A model generated the notes under the pieces. That model searched no databases. It had not been told where the DNA came from and worked only from the letters and a program-made list of their open reading frames with translations. Position numbers and translations under genes: made by a program. From the IMG/VR virus record IMGVR_UViG_3300035703_000009, positions 1 through 64,000 of that record: a stretch of DNA of 64,000 nt; one strand, 5' to 3'. Positions 16,545 to 26,360 of the stretch are shown piece by piece (position 1 is the first letter of the stretch; every line of letters begins with the position of its first letter).

Positions 16545-17973
16545 CGTCAGTGTCATCTTCTCCATTTTCAGCCTCGACTAGTGCGGCTTGTTTCTTCTTA
16601 GTGAGTCGTTTAATGTATTTGTCCAGCTCAAACTTCGGCACGATCACCGAGTTTAGGCCGTACTTTGTGATGGTCGCAAGGTACTCTGGAAAGTCATCCT
16701 CTGAGACTTGAGTTTCAGGATTACCGATTATCTTCCAGAACTTTTGTGGAGTCTCAATGTATTCTAGAGAGTCTTGGTTGACCACATAAAGCGGATAGAT
16801 CTGATCATCCGTGAGATCTTTTTTAGACTTAACAGTCACAACTTCGACTGCTCTTTTTAGATGCGTGTCGATTGAGCTCATCTTCATCGCGACGAGGAGT
16901 CGATTGATGGGTTCGACGATTAAGGTAAAGAATTGTTGGTCACGATCCATAGGCGGAGCGAGCTCAGTAGGATAATTTTCAGGAGCATAGGCAAATACAT
17001 CAAAGTTGTGCTCGTTTGGAGCGCAATAGTAGAACTTGATCTTGTCCTTTTCGCGAATGAGCGAGTACTTTTGGTTGAGTCCGCTCTTAAGCAGAAGATA
17101 GTTATAGTAAGCCGATGCTCGAGGATAGATTGAGATACCCTTCTTAAGGTTTAGGGTCGTAATGTCCTCGACATACTTGTTATAGACTCGCACGTTAAAG
17201 TTAAAGGCTAATTCAGTAGGGTGGAGTTCCATGAACTCTTCCTTAAGAGCTTGTAGCTTGGGAATGAGGTCACGCTCAATATTCAGCTTCTTACCGATCT
17301 CGAGGATGTATTCATCTAGCTTGATCAGGTTCTTACGAGCCCAGTCAGGATAGGAACCTTTGATCGGTTCTAAGCCCTTGATGACTAGGTAACGTTTTTC
17401 TTTAGGCATCAGTGCCAAGTTAGGATTCGGATCGTAAGCTACCTTGATCGCATAGTTCTTTTTCTTGAGCCAGATGCCATACTCAGACAGGTTCTCAAGC
17501 TTGAACTTGAGACGGTTCTTCGTGTTGAAGATCTTTCCGTACTTTTCAAAGCACTGGTCAAAGTATTTCGATAGTCTGTGATGGTCGATGGCGACACAAA
17601 TCGCTAGGGCTTCTTCACGAGTGAATGAAGCGCCTTCTATCGAATCGATAGCTGATTCAAACTGCACGTAAATGGAGTCAGTATCAGTGTAGATTGCAGC
17701 TTCACGCTCGATCTTATTGATCTTGTATCCGTCGATTTTCAATATCTGGTGAAGCTCAGTATCAAGGTGCCACTTTTCTTGAAAGTAGTAGTTCACTGCC
17801 TTGATGGAAAACTTGATCAAGTCTTGGCCCTGTAAAGTTATAGATTGGGCGATGTCTGGGTTGTAAAAATAGAACCACTTGTTACCAAAGGCTCCATAGA
17901 TTGAGTTAATTAAGATCTTGACTGCGTTTTGCTTAAGGTCTAACTTTTTGATCTGCTTTGTTATGTCTTCCAT
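16537..17973 (-). CDS. family B DNA polymerase, C-terminal subunit of a split polymerase
   Basis: Starts at motif B (KILINSIYGAFG) and contains YTDTDS, KKKNY and KGLE; no exonuclease domain or motif A. Confidence 0.88.
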   Translation of the reverse strand: MEDITKQIKKLDLKQNAVKILINSIYGAFGNKWFYFYNPDIAQSITLQGQDLIKFSIKAVNYYFQEKWHLDTELHQILKIDGYKINKIEREAAIYTDTDSIYVQFESAIDSIEGASFTREEALAICVAIDHHRLSKYFDQCFEKYGKIFNTKNRLKFKLENLSEYGIWLKKKNYAIKVAYDPNPNLALMPKEKRYLVIKGLEPIKGSYPDWARKNLIKLDEYILEIGKKLNIERDLIPKLQALKEEFMELHPTELAFNFNVRVYNKYVEDITTLNLKKGISIYPRASAYYNYLLLKSGLNQKYSLIREKDKIKFYYCAPNEHNFDVFAYAPENYPTELAPPMDRDQQFFTLIVEPINRLLVAMKMSSIDTHLKRAVEVVTVKSKKDLTDDQIYPLYVVNQDSLEYIETPQKFWKIIGNPETQVSEDDFPEYLATITKYGLNSVIVPKFELDKYIKRLTKKKQAALVEAENGEDDTDDE

Positions 17974-17981
17974 ACATGGGT

Positions 17982-18010
17982 ATTGTACTTGCTGTTTCCA
18001 TGTAAGTTTA
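17982..18010 (-). promoter_or_regulatory. TAAAC-N18-TACAAT promoter
   Basis: Recurrent bipartite motif; ends 8 nt before the polymerase ATG. Confidence 0.65.
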
Positions 18011-18109
18011 TGAAAGCGCTAAGTAAAAAAATTTTTAATTGTTTTGAGCAAGTTCGGCCCATCTGAATAAGATTACTAAATTATAGTGGTGAATTAAAAT
18101 TGACCTTCA

Positions 18110-18116
18110 ATAAATA
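18110..18116 (+). promoter_or_regulatory. late promoter ATAAATA
   Basis: 18 nt before ATG 18134. Confidence 0.7.
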
Positions 18117-18133
18117 ATAAAAAGCCACTCGGC

Positions 18134-18754
18134 ATGGTCGAAGAAGAACTGGAAAGTATTTCAGAGATATGTGACAGCTTACCTTTTATGCAGTCTTTTC
18201 CATTTAGAGACTATGCAATAACTTTGCAAGACACACCTGATCAGTCCACCCAAGACTTAGGCATTGATCCAATACTCATAAAAACATTCGGCCACCTCGA
18301 ACTCAGCAAGAGGGTACACTTTAGCTATGTAGAAGGCGACTCGACCATCATGGTCAGCTTTTACCTAGACGACCTAAAGTTCATCGATGTAAACCAAAAG
18401 AGGATCACCAAGCTGGACTCGGTTCGTGCAGAACTTGAACATGGGCTCGCTTCAAATGACGTTGATACTAAGATCAAGATGATTAAGAGGGGCAAGAGCT
18501 TCGTAAAGAAGTTTAAGTCTTCGATCCTAGACTCACCGTCTTTTGAGAGAATACTGATGGACCTTTGCGAGATAAAGGAGGCCCACCTGGCGACTAACGT
18601 GATGTTAGACTTGCACAAGTTGAATCCTAATGACTCACTTAAACATGGAGACTTTTCAAAAAGAGATCGTGAGACCATCGCAGCATATCTCAATTTTCAA
18701 CTGCACTATGCTAAGATTATCTTAGGAATCGTAATTGCAGCTAAAATATACTAA
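18134..18754 (+). CDS. hypothetical late protein
   Basis: 206-aa ORF behind a late promoter. Confidence 0.7.
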   Translation: MVEEELESISEICDSLPFMQSFPFRDYAITLQDTPDQSTQDLGIDPILIKTFGHLELSKRVHFSYVEGDSTIMVSFYLDDLKFIDVNQKRITKLDSVRAELEHGLASNDVDTKIKMIKRGKSFVKKFKSSILDSPSFERILMDLCEIKEAHLATNVMLDLHKLNPNDSLKHGDFSKRDRETIAAYLNFQLHYAKIILGIVIAAKIY

Positions 18755-18758
18755 TTAC

Positions 18759-19523
18759 ATGGCAAAAACAAGAGGACGCAGAGAAAAAGAAGAACTAGAA
18801 AATCTCGATGACTGGGACAAGAAAAACATCGCTGATCGTATGAAGGCGAGTTTTTCCCAAAAGATCGATATTAAGTGTAAGTCTAACGCACAAAAAGAAG
18901 TTCTTAATGCTATTGAACAGAATTTTATCACCATTATCACTGGTCCTCCAGGCACAGGTAAGACTTACTTATCTTGTGCAAGAGCTCTAAAATACGTAAA
19001 AGATCACAATGAACCCTATCAAAAGATAGTGTTAATTAAATCAGTTAATGTGCCAAAGGACGAGGAGATCGGTTACCTAAAAGGCACTCTCGAAGAAAAG
19101 ATGGAGATGTACATGTACCCGTTCATCTCAAACTTTCACAAGGTCATCGGCAAGACTGCAACCGAAGAGCTTAAGGCTAATGGAGTGATCGAGATCCTGC
19201 CGATCAAGTTTGCGCTTGGAGTCACTCTTGATAACTCGATCGTGCTCATCGACGAGGCTCAGCAGATTGCAAAGGATCACCTTCACACGCTCTCAACCAG
19301 AATAGGAACTAATTCTAAAATGATCTTCCTTGGGGACATCAAGCAAAAATCAGTCAATAAATCCCAAAAGAGCGCGCTGGAAATACTAATGGAACACTTT
19401 GACGGGCACGAAGGAATAGGTTCAGCGAAGCTAGGAGTCGATGACATAGTGCGCCATCCAATCATAAAAACTCTTGAGGAGATCTTCCAAAAGATAGAAG
19501 ACGCCGAGAAGCTTAATAAATAA
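18759..19523 (+). CDS. phoH: PhoH-family ATPase
   Basis: GPPGTGKT, IGYLKG, IDEAQ, GD..Q and DIVRHP; start revised to MAKTRG. Confidence 0.92.
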   Translation: MAKTRGRREKEELENLDDWDKKNIADRMKASFSQKIDIKCKSNAQKEVLNAIEQNFITIITGPPGTGKTYLSCARALKYVKDHNEPYQKIVLIKSVNVPKDEEIGYLKGTLEEKMEMYMYPFISNFHKVIGKTATEELKANGVIEILPIKFALGVTLDNSIVLIDEAQQIAKDHLHTLSTRIGTNSKMIFLGDIKQKSVNKSQKSALEILMEHFDGHEGIGSAKLGVDDIVRHPIIKTLEEIFQKIEDAEKLNK

Positions 19524-19527
19524 CTCT

Positions 19528-19872
19528 ATGAAAACATTCGTTCACTCTTTTAATTCTTTTTCTCTTAATGAGATGGCAATCAAGTCTCGAGAAGAAATGT
19601 ATCGCCCTGAAAAGATCGAGATCGATCTTTCTGGTCCAGAAGGCAACGCTTTCTACCTCATGGGTTTAGCTAGAAAGTTATACCGTCGAAAATATCCGGA
19701 GCAAAAGGAAGGATTTAACGTTTCTCAAAAGCTTGCCAAAAAGTTCGATCCAGAGATGGAACTAAAATCGGCTGAGGAACTTTTTATGGAGGAGATGATG
19801 AGTGGCGATTACGATCACCTATTAAAGGTGTTTGATGATGAGTTTGGAGACATGGTAACTTTATATCGATAA
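19528..19872 (+). CDS. conserved small phage protein with capsid-targeting-like leader
   Basis: MKTFVHSFNSFSLNE leader, then IDLSGPEGNAF...MMSGDYDHLL; ATAAATA at 19516-19522. Confidence 0.7.
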   Translation: MKTFVHSFNSFSLNEMAIKSREEMYRPEKIEIDLSGPEGNAFYLMGLARKLYRRKYPEQKEGFNVSQKLAKKFDPEMELKSAEELFMEEMMSGDYDHLLKVFDDEFGDMVTLYR

Positions 19873-19959
19873 CCACGAGAACTGGTTAAGGAGTCTTAGT
19901 ATTGAATAGTATTCTCAAATAATTTTTCATAATGTACTTAGAAGGTGTAATAGTGTGCG

Positions 19960-21573
19960 TCAATTATGCGGACTTTCTTGCGCACACACTTCCACAGATT
20001 CCTTGGAATTTAATTTAGTTAGGTCAACCTCAATCTTCGCCACCTCAAACTCCTGTTCGTGATAGATCTCTTCACGGATCTTTGCGTGCTTTTCCATGTA
20101 TCCATCGAGCAGATCAATTAGATCCCAAATGATTACCTTGTTCTTTTCGGCAAGCTTACGCATGCCTCGGCCTATAGACTGTCGAATGGTGACCTCAGCT
20201 TTAGTCGACTCTGCAAAGACGATGTGATGTACATTTTTGAGGTCTATTCCAGTAGAAAAAGTGCCGAAGCTTGCTACAATTATCACGTCATTATTGGATT
20301 CCATGATGTCCTTGAATCGATCACGGTCACTGGAGTCGACCTCGCCGTCAATGTAAAAGGTGTTTGGGTTCCACTCAAATAGTTTCTGTTGGATCTTTTT
20401 ACCATAGCCGTTCTTCACGTCAGAAAAGAGGATGAGAGTGTTTTTACTTAGCTTTCGAGTAAGCGAGTCGATAAAGTCTAGCCGTTCTTTGCTCTCAAAG
20501 ATGAATCCACGTTCAATATTAAGCATGTCACGACCATAGTCCTTAGCGCTGTTATACATGGCTTTGCCGTCCTTCTTAAGCGCCCAATACTTTTGTAAGT
20601 ATTGACTCTTGCGATCGTACTTTAGGCCGACTGCCTTTATCTTGATGTTTGGTGAGTAGCCATTGTCGATCAGGTGCTTTGCTGAAAGCACCATCACTAG
20701 CGGACCAACATTCTCTTGCACTCTAAAGAAGTCAGAGTACTGCTCGTCGATTTTTACCGTGCCAGAAAGACCAAGTCGGTACGTCCAATTGACACAAGAC
20801 AGCAGGATGTTACGAATGACGTTGCCTCTGGACTTGTGCACCTCATCGACACACACAGTATGAAATGATTGGAACATGGAGGGTTGCCAGTTCTGTAGGC
20901 TCTGGTAGGTGGAGACCACCACCTCGCTCTCGTCAAACCTCTTCTGGTCGAACTTATCTTCTCCGCCGATAGTGCAGACCTTCCACTGTCTCTTACCTAC
21001 GGAATAGAGCTCGAATTTCTCGGCTGTCTGGCCGACTAGCGAGATGTTTGGGACTATAATTAGCGACTTTTTACTGGAGTCGATCTTGCGACCGTCTCGT
21101 AAAAAAGAATTGAAGATGTAAAAGATTAAGGTCTTACCAGCAGAAGTTGCCAGCTCTTGGGTGCAGAACTTATATTTGATAGCACGGTAGGCTCCCTCGA
21201 TCTGGTAGTCTCTAGGCTTAATTAAGTTGCCATGCTCATCTAGCACTCCATCAAGGAGCTTATTAACGTACTCTAGGTAACGCTCTCTAGGTAAGTTTAG
21301 GTTGAGTAGAGCGTCGATTCCATCGATCTCACAGTCGTAACCATATCGATTGGCACAGTTGTAGACTTCTTTCCACAGGCCGACTGCGATGCGACCCTCT
21401 TTGGTGATGAACTTGTCCTTTCCGTCCCAGATTCCTCTGTCAACTAGAGGATTAAAGTCTCCCTTCTTTGACTTGCGCTTAAAAAAATTGAATAGGTCAT
21501 TGCGCTCAGAATTGAGGTCAAAATCGACTAGAGATATGAAACGTAGGTCGTCGGTTAGCTTAAACTTGAGCAA
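19960..21573 (-). CDS. uvsW: SF2 DNA helicase UvsW
   Basis: PRDYQ, ATSAGKT, DEVH, GLSGT, FSTGID and QSIGRGMR. Confidence 0.9.
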   Translation of the reverse strand: MLKFKLTDDLRFISLVDFDLNSERNDLFNFFKRKSKKGDFNPLVDRGIWDGKDKFITKEGRIAVGLWKEVYNCANRYGYDCEIDGIDALLNLNLPRERYLEYVNKLLDGVLDEHGNLIKPRDYQIEGAYRAIKYKFCTQELATSAGKTLIFYIFNSFLRDGRKIDSSKKSLIIVPNISLVGQTAEKFELYSVGKRQWKVCTIGGEDKFDQKRFDESEVVVSTYQSLQNWQPSMFQSFHTVCVDEVHKSRGNVIRNILLSCVNWTYRLGLSGTVKIDEQYSDFFRVQENVGPLVMVLSAKHLIDNGYSPNIKIKAVGLKYDRKSQYLQKYWALKKDGKAMYNSAKDYGRDMLNIERGFIFESKERLDFIDSLTRKLSKNTLILFSDVKNGYGKKIQQKLFEWNPNTFYIDGEVDSSDRDRFKDIMESNNDVIIVASFGTFSTGIDLKNVHHIVFAESTKAEVTIRQSIGRGMRKLAEKNKVIIWDLIDLLDGYMEKHAKIREEIYHEQEFEVAKIEVDLTKLNSKESVEVCAQESPHN

Positions 21574-21588
21574 TCATCATAGATTATT

Positions 21589-22035
21589 TTACAAGCCAAG
21601 CGTCTTTTCGATGTCGAGGCGAGTCTTGATGCCAAAGATCACATTATCGATTGTTTTGATCGACTCGGTGAAAAAAGAGACCTGGTTCTCAAATATCTCA
21701 AGGAATTCCTTGGTCGCAGAAGTCTTTCCGTCGATCACCATGTTCTTTTCGTTGGCTTGATAACGCAGGGCTAGATTTCTGGAAAGTGTTTCCATTTCAG
21801 CTGCCTTTTCTTCTCGCATCTTCTTACGTAGGGAGGTCAAGTGTTCAAGTAGGGAGTGATTGTCCTCTAAAAGCTGCTGACGTAGTGATAGCATGTTCAC
21901 TTGAGCGTCCTTTAGCGTCTTAAGGTTAGATAACTTTTCTATATTTGCGTAAATTGAGCTAGAAACTTCCTTTCTACGTGCTTCGAACTTCTTTGAGATG
22001 CGGTCTTTGGTCGTTTCTTGGTCTTTTTCTTCCAT
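21589..22035 (-). CDS. uvsY: UvsY-like recombination mediator
   Basis: Helical 148-aa protein adjacent to uvsW; C-terminal IKTIDNVIFGIKTRLDIE. Confidence 0.6.
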   Translation of the reverse strand: MEEKDQETTKDRISKKFEARRKEVSSSIYANIEKLSNLKTLKDAQVNMLSLRQQLLEDNHSLLEHLTSLRKKMREEKAAEMETLSRNLALRYQANEKNMVIDGKTSATKEFLEIFENQVSFFTESIKTIDNVIFGIKTRLDIEKTLGL

Positions 22036-22051
22036 ACAGTGAAATTTACCT

Positions 22052-22079
22052 TTTATACTAAAACTGGAGCTAAAGTTTA
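22052..22079 (-). promoter_or_regulatory. TAAAC-N17-TATAAA promoter (uvsY-uvsW)
   Basis: Recurrent bipartite motif. Confidence 0.6.
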
Positions 22080-22562
22080 ACCCTGAAAGTCGTAGAATTT
22101 ATAGCAAGTGGAACCTACTCTAAAGTATTCATCATTCTCAAAGTCCATTGGTTCTATCGTGGAAATGATTTCGTTGCCTAGTTCCACTGAACTGCCGTCT
22201 GGTGAGTACATTTTTGCAGTATCAACGTTGGCTTGACCCGCAATGATTAGCTTGAGGTCATACTTTTCGTAAAGACGATGTGCGGTATCCGAATAGTCTA
22301 CGTCTGAATTAAGGATGATGAAAACTGACGGGTATTTGATCTTTTTACCTTCCTTGTCAAGGGTAGCGACCTGCTTGATGATGTTTTCTTGAGCTTTATT
22401 TTCCTCTAAGTAGCTTAAATAACTGCTCCTGGTCCTAAATACTAGGATGGCAAACGGTCTTTTCATTTGCAAGGTGTCGCGGACCTCAGTCCAAGTCGGA
22501 GAAGGAGTCTCTTGCTGTTCATTAAGATAATGCTGGAAGGTTTTTAGCTTTTTTTGAGCCAC
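22077..22562 (-). CDS. putative internal head protein
   Basis: GTG start, MAQKKLKTFQHYLNE; late promoter 19 nt upstream at 22581-22587. Confidence 0.7.
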   Translation of the reverse strand: MAQKKLKTFQHYLNEQQETPSPTWTEVRDTLQMKRPFAILVFRTRSSYLSYLEENKAQENIIKQVATLDKEGKKIKYPSVFIILNSDVDYSDTAHRLYEKYDLKLIIAGQANVDTAKMYSPDGSSVELGNEIISTIEPMDFENDEYFRVGSTCYKFYDFQG

Positions 22563-22624
22563 TTGGACGAAACTTTTTATTATTTATCAATACAAGATAC
22601 TGAAATCTAATTAAGAAATTTAAC

Positions 22625-23185
22625 ATGATTACTCAACTTGACATATATGACTTTGACGAGACGTTAGTCAGAGCTCCAAGCTATACAAACAAAAAAACAG
22701 TAGAAAGAGCTCATCCTGAGCATAATTTTGACACGCCGTATGCCTTTTACGATCACTCAAAGTCCCTGTGTGAGGACTTACACCACATACAGCTCATTGC
22801 ACCAGTATATGAGTGTTGGGGTCAGGCAAACCAAAACCCATCGGCAATCACAGCATTGGTCACGCACAGAGTAGAAAGCCTAGCGGATGAAGTAAAGGAC
22901 GTGTTGAACAGACGTGGCGTATCAATGGACTACTACTTCTTTTATGGAAGGGCTATCCCAAAGTTCAAAGCGATTGAGGAACTGCTCGAAAGGTTTCCAA
23001 ACATCAAGAAAGTAAGGATATTTGATGACTCATACGAACAGATCGACATCTACTTGACATACATTAACATCATCAAAGAAATAGACCATGACATTGAATA
23101 TGAGTTGTGGGCAGTAGACAAGACCAAGATATTTAAAGTAAACTCGCTAAACATTAGCGAACCTAAACGTATAAGTCTGATATGA
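22625..23185 (+). CDS. HAD-superfamily phosphatase (RNA-repair 'Swiss army knife'-like)
   Basis: DFDETL motif I, VTHR motif II, K, FDDS motif IV. Confidence 0.8.
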   Translation: MITQLDIYDFDETLVRAPSYTNKKTVERAHPEHNFDTPYAFYDHSKSLCEDLHHIQLIAPVYECWGQANQNPSAITALVTHRVESLADEVKDVLNRRGVSMDYYFFYGRAIPKFKAIEELLERFPNIKKVRIFDDSYEQIDIYLTYINIIKEIDHDIEYELWAVDKTKIFKVNSLNISEPKRISLI

Positions 23186-23778
23186 TAGTGATGATAGAAG
23201 GCCCACGTAACGTCGGCAAGACCACACTTATGTCCTCTTTTCTTGAAAAGAACAAGGATTCTAACGTGATCTATTACAAGTTTCTCTTTGCAAAGTACAT
23301 CGATCAGTTTAACATGCGAGACCAGGAATCTGGACCAGGCATGCACTACTTTAGCTTAGGCAACATACTTAGCATCTTTGAGCTTAATCAGACTCTATTT
23401 AAAGACAAGATCATCTTATTTGACCGATGCATCCACTCAGCCTATGTCTGGGCGATCTATCGAGAAAGGTTAGGTCGTGAAAAGTTGTTGGCTGAATACT
23501 CAAAGATACTCAACAGTGAGCTCTACACCGATTGCTCTACCTTTTACATCAATCGTCGAGAATCTATCAAGACTAAAACTAGAGGAAAGGACTTATTTGA
23601 TAACTTTGAAAGTCATGATAAAGAGTTGGCCCTGTTTGAAGAGCTGCTCGACTTAAACATGAAACCCGTCTCAGACGCCAATAGAGGAAATCACTTTGTG
23701 AAGTTCATCAATGATTTTAACGATGAAAGCATTAGAGATTTCAACTACGTACTTGGTGACTTGATAAAGAGAGGGTAG
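23182..23778 (+). CDS. P-loop nucleotide kinase (dNMP/thymidylate kinase-like)
   Basis: EGPRNVGKTT Walker A; LFDR...S.YV. Confidence 0.8.
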   Translation: MIVMIEGPRNVGKTTLMSSFLEKNKDSNVIYYKFLFAKYIDQFNMRDQESGPGMHYFSLGNILSIFELNQTLFKDKIILFDRCIHSAYVWAIYRERLGREKLLAEYSKILNSELYTDCSTFYINRRESIKTKTRGKDLFDNFESHDKELALFEELLDLNMKPVSDANRGNHFVKFINDFNDESIRDFNYVLGDLIKRG

Positions 23779-23787
23779 TTTGCCTTA

Positions 23788-23794
23788 ATAAATA
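23788..23794 (+). promoter_or_regulatory. late promoter ATAAATA
   Basis: 19 nt before ATG 23813. Confidence 0.7.
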
Positions 23795-23812
23795 ATAAAA
23801 AACCAAGTAAGG

Positions 23813-24382
23813 ATGCGTAAAGAACTTAGATCCTTTGACCAATATTTAGTCGAACAAGCGGAGACAGCAGTCGCTAACCGTCCGTTAAAAGGATATACTG
23901 CCGAACAAATGATCACCAGGATCGGAGAACTAATGGAAGTTCTATCTGATGACATTCGATTTGGAGTTCCATCTGACACTCTTGGTAGAGTCACTACTTA
24001 TCGTGATGCAAACGGTGCCATCCAAAAGATCCAAGACATGCAGCACTACTATTCAAGCAAGGGCGAAGAAGTTCGCTTCTATGCATGGTCAATCAGTTAT
24101 TCAGGTAGCTGGAAGGCGACCAAGAATCTAAAGAGTAAAATCGAGGCTGCTGGAGGGTTTGGAGAAGAGAAGCTAAATATGAATCTTAAAAAGATCATAG
24201 ACTACTTTACTGAGAACGCAGAGGACTCCGACAACGTTCGTAGCATATCGATCAGCATGGACGCAGAGAGCATTCGCAAGGCCATGCAAAAGCCTGCTGA
24301 AAAACCAGAAGCCGCTGAGACTCCAGCGCCGACTGAAACCGCTAAATCTGAAGAAAAACCAGCTGAAACACCGGCTGAATAA
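23813..24382 (+). CDS. putative internal head protein
   Basis: N-terminus MRKELRSFDQYLVEQ; Pro/Ala/Glu-rich tail. Confidence 0.7.
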   Translation: MRKELRSFDQYLVEQAETAVANRPLKGYTAEQMITRIGELMEVLSDDIRFGVPSDTLGRVTTYRDANGAIQKIQDMQHYYSSKGEEVRFYAWSISYSGSWKATKNLKSKIEAAGGFGEEKLNMNLKKIIDYFTENAEDSDNVRSISISMDAESIRKAMQKPAEKPEAAETPAPTETAKSEEKPAETPAE

Positions 24383-24385
24383 TCT

Positions 24386-26296
24386 ATGGCAGGAATAAAC
24401 AACTTACGAGAAATACGCGACAAGCGCGGGGATGACTTTTTAAATGGCATGATGAATAATTACGTCATCATCAATGAGAAGGTCGATGGCACATTCTTTG
24501 GAGTAAAAAAGACTAAAGGAGACCTATTTAAGTACTTCAAGAAATCGGGAGAGATCAGCTATGTCGATCGAGTGCTGATGAAGTACTACAACCACGTGAT
24601 CGCATATTTTGAGTCGATTCCTCTCGAGAAGAGGCAACGTATTCCAACAAATTTCTTTTTTGGATTCGAGTACTTGACCAAACGTGACGCAGCGGCAAGC
24701 CGATACTCAAGGATGCCAAAGAATGGCTTGGTTCTTTCCTACATCCATAAGTTAGATGATGCTGGAAACGTCATTGCTACAGTTCAAACAAAAGAACATC
24801 TTGATAGATGGGCGGACTATCTAGGAGTAGAGAGACCGCCGATAATCTTTGAAGGCAAGCTCGACGACGAACAAAGAGCCGAGATACTTGAGTTCGTCTA
24901 TGCACCAAACGATAAGTTATACGAAAAATTCAAGACCAAGTCCTTTACCAAGTACATCATCTCGGTTCTAAACAAGGATTATGAGTCGGCCTTCTTAAAG
25001 AACTCTAAGGAAGCTGGAATCGAAGGAATCATTTTTAGGTTCTATGATCAGAACTCTGAAAACCCAGAAGCAAACGTCTTCCTAGCAAAGTTGATAGATC
25101 CGCTATTTCAAGCAAAGGTAAAAGAAGGCGAGCCTGCTCGTAAGAATTCCTCGCAAGACTATATCTGGCTGATCGTCATCGACCTAATGAACCACTTTGA
25201 GATGTATGACCTTTCCGCATTAAAGGAAATGGCAAGCACACCAGGATCCTTTGAAGAAAAGTACGTGCAAATCATCAATTCCATATTTAAAGACTTTATT
25301 AAACAATACGCTGGCAAGTATGCAGGTCTGCATCTAGAGGTTCCAGAATACTTAAATCGACCTGAGTTCAACCTTGATTTTAGCCTAATCCAGGATCCAG
25401 AAGTAAAGAAGTTGGTCGAATCCAGCGAGACCTATGCTGAGATCTATAAGATCTTGCTCAACTTTTTCAGAAAGGCTCGTAAGAAATCGACTTCGGGTTT
25501 CTTCACCAACGAGTTACTGACTCAACTCAACCTCATCGTCGCAAAGATTCGTAACGTGATCATGGGAGACGAGGTGTATGAGGGACTCTTCCCAAGCTTT
25601 AGCGAGTTTGTGGGATCAGCAAACGATGAGTACATGCTGAGCGAGAAAGAAGTCGCTGAGCGCAATAGCAAAAAAGTCGAGGCTAATGAGGTCAATGTTC
25701 TAATTGGAAGCTTTCAGCCAGTGACGATGGGTCACATCAAAGCGGCAAAGAAGCTAAAGGAAAAGAACGGGTTACCGTGCGTCTTTGTTGCGATAAAGCC
25801 TCAATCGCCCACCGCAAAGTCACCTTTTTCTCCACGCTTAACTAAAGCACTATTAGACAAGGTGCAACAGGAGTTTAACGACCTGATAGTCGACGTCAAG
25901 ATAGTCGACTCTGGCCAGATTGAGGATGTAGTAGGCACATTGACTCCAAACTATGAACCTGCTCTTTGGGGAACAACTGAGCGTCGTCTTAAGGACTTTG
26001 CTCTGCAATTAGATTACATCAAAAAAAGAAACATTCCAATAAGGCTCTCTTCGAACCTAAAGTTGACTGAATTACCAGTCTACGTTAGATCAGAAGAAGT
26101 TATTGCTGCCATAAAGAGCTCAGACTTTGCTGAATTCAAAAAGCTAGTGCCAATATCTGTCGCATCAGAGTTCTTTAACTTACAAAAAGAGCTCGGATCG
26201 AAGATTGATGAAGCGACTAATTCAATGCAGAAGATATTTGAATCCGCAGAGATCTCGATTGAGATCGAGGATCCAAAGCTAAAGGAATCGGACTAA
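24386..26296 (+). CDS. RNA ligase (Rnl2-like) fused to a HIGH-class nucleotidyltransferase domain
   Basis: Ligase motifs I EKVDGT, III FGFEY, IV EGIIFR, V LAKL; C-terminal GSFQPVTMGH (T/HxGH)...SPF...FKKLVP. Confidence 0.75.
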   Translation: MAGINNLREIRDKRGDDFLNGMMNNYVIINEKVDGTFFGVKKTKGDLFKYFKKSGEISYVDRVLMKYYNHVIAYFESIPLEKRQRIPTNFFFGFEYLTKRDAAASRYSRMPKNGLVLSYIHKLDDAGNVIATVQTKEHLDRWADYLGVERPPIIFEGKLDDEQRAEILEFVYAPNDKLYEKFKTKSFTKYIISVLNKDYESAFLKNSKEAGIEGIIFRFYDQNSENPEANVFLAKLIDPLFQAKVKEGEPARKNSSQDYIWLIVIDLMNHFEMYDLSALKEMASTPGSFEEKYVQIINSIFKDFIKQYAGKYAGLHLEVPEYLNRPEFNLDFSLIQDPEVKKLVESSETYAEIYKILLNFFRKARKKSTSGFFTNELLTQLNLIVAKIRNVIMGDEVYEGLFPSFSEFVGSANDEYMLSEKEVAERNSKKVEANEVNVLIGSFQPVTMGHIKAAKKLKEKNGLPCVFVAIKPQSPTAKSPFSPRLTKALLDKVQQEFNDLIVDVKIVDSGQIEDVVGTLTPNYEPALWGTTERRLKDFALQLDYIKKRNIPIRLSSNLKLTELPVYVRSEEVIAAIKSSDFAEFKKLVPISVASEFFNLQKELGSKIDEATNSMQKIFESAEISIEIEDPKLKESD

Positions 26297-26298
26297 AT

Positions 26299-26327
26299 TA
26301 AAACCTTTTATCAAAAAAGGATATAAT
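26299..26327 (+). promoter_or_regulatory. TAAAAC-N17-TATAAT promoter
   Basis: Recurrent bipartite motif. Confidence 0.7.
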
Positions 26328-26360
26328 ATTGGTAAGCAAAAAAAAGCTTTACTCGACCGA

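Noticed and set aside
16537-17973. Polymerase pseudogene
   Set aside because: Catalytic motifs are intact, it has its own promoter, it is coupled to primase, and the break point matches known split polymerases.
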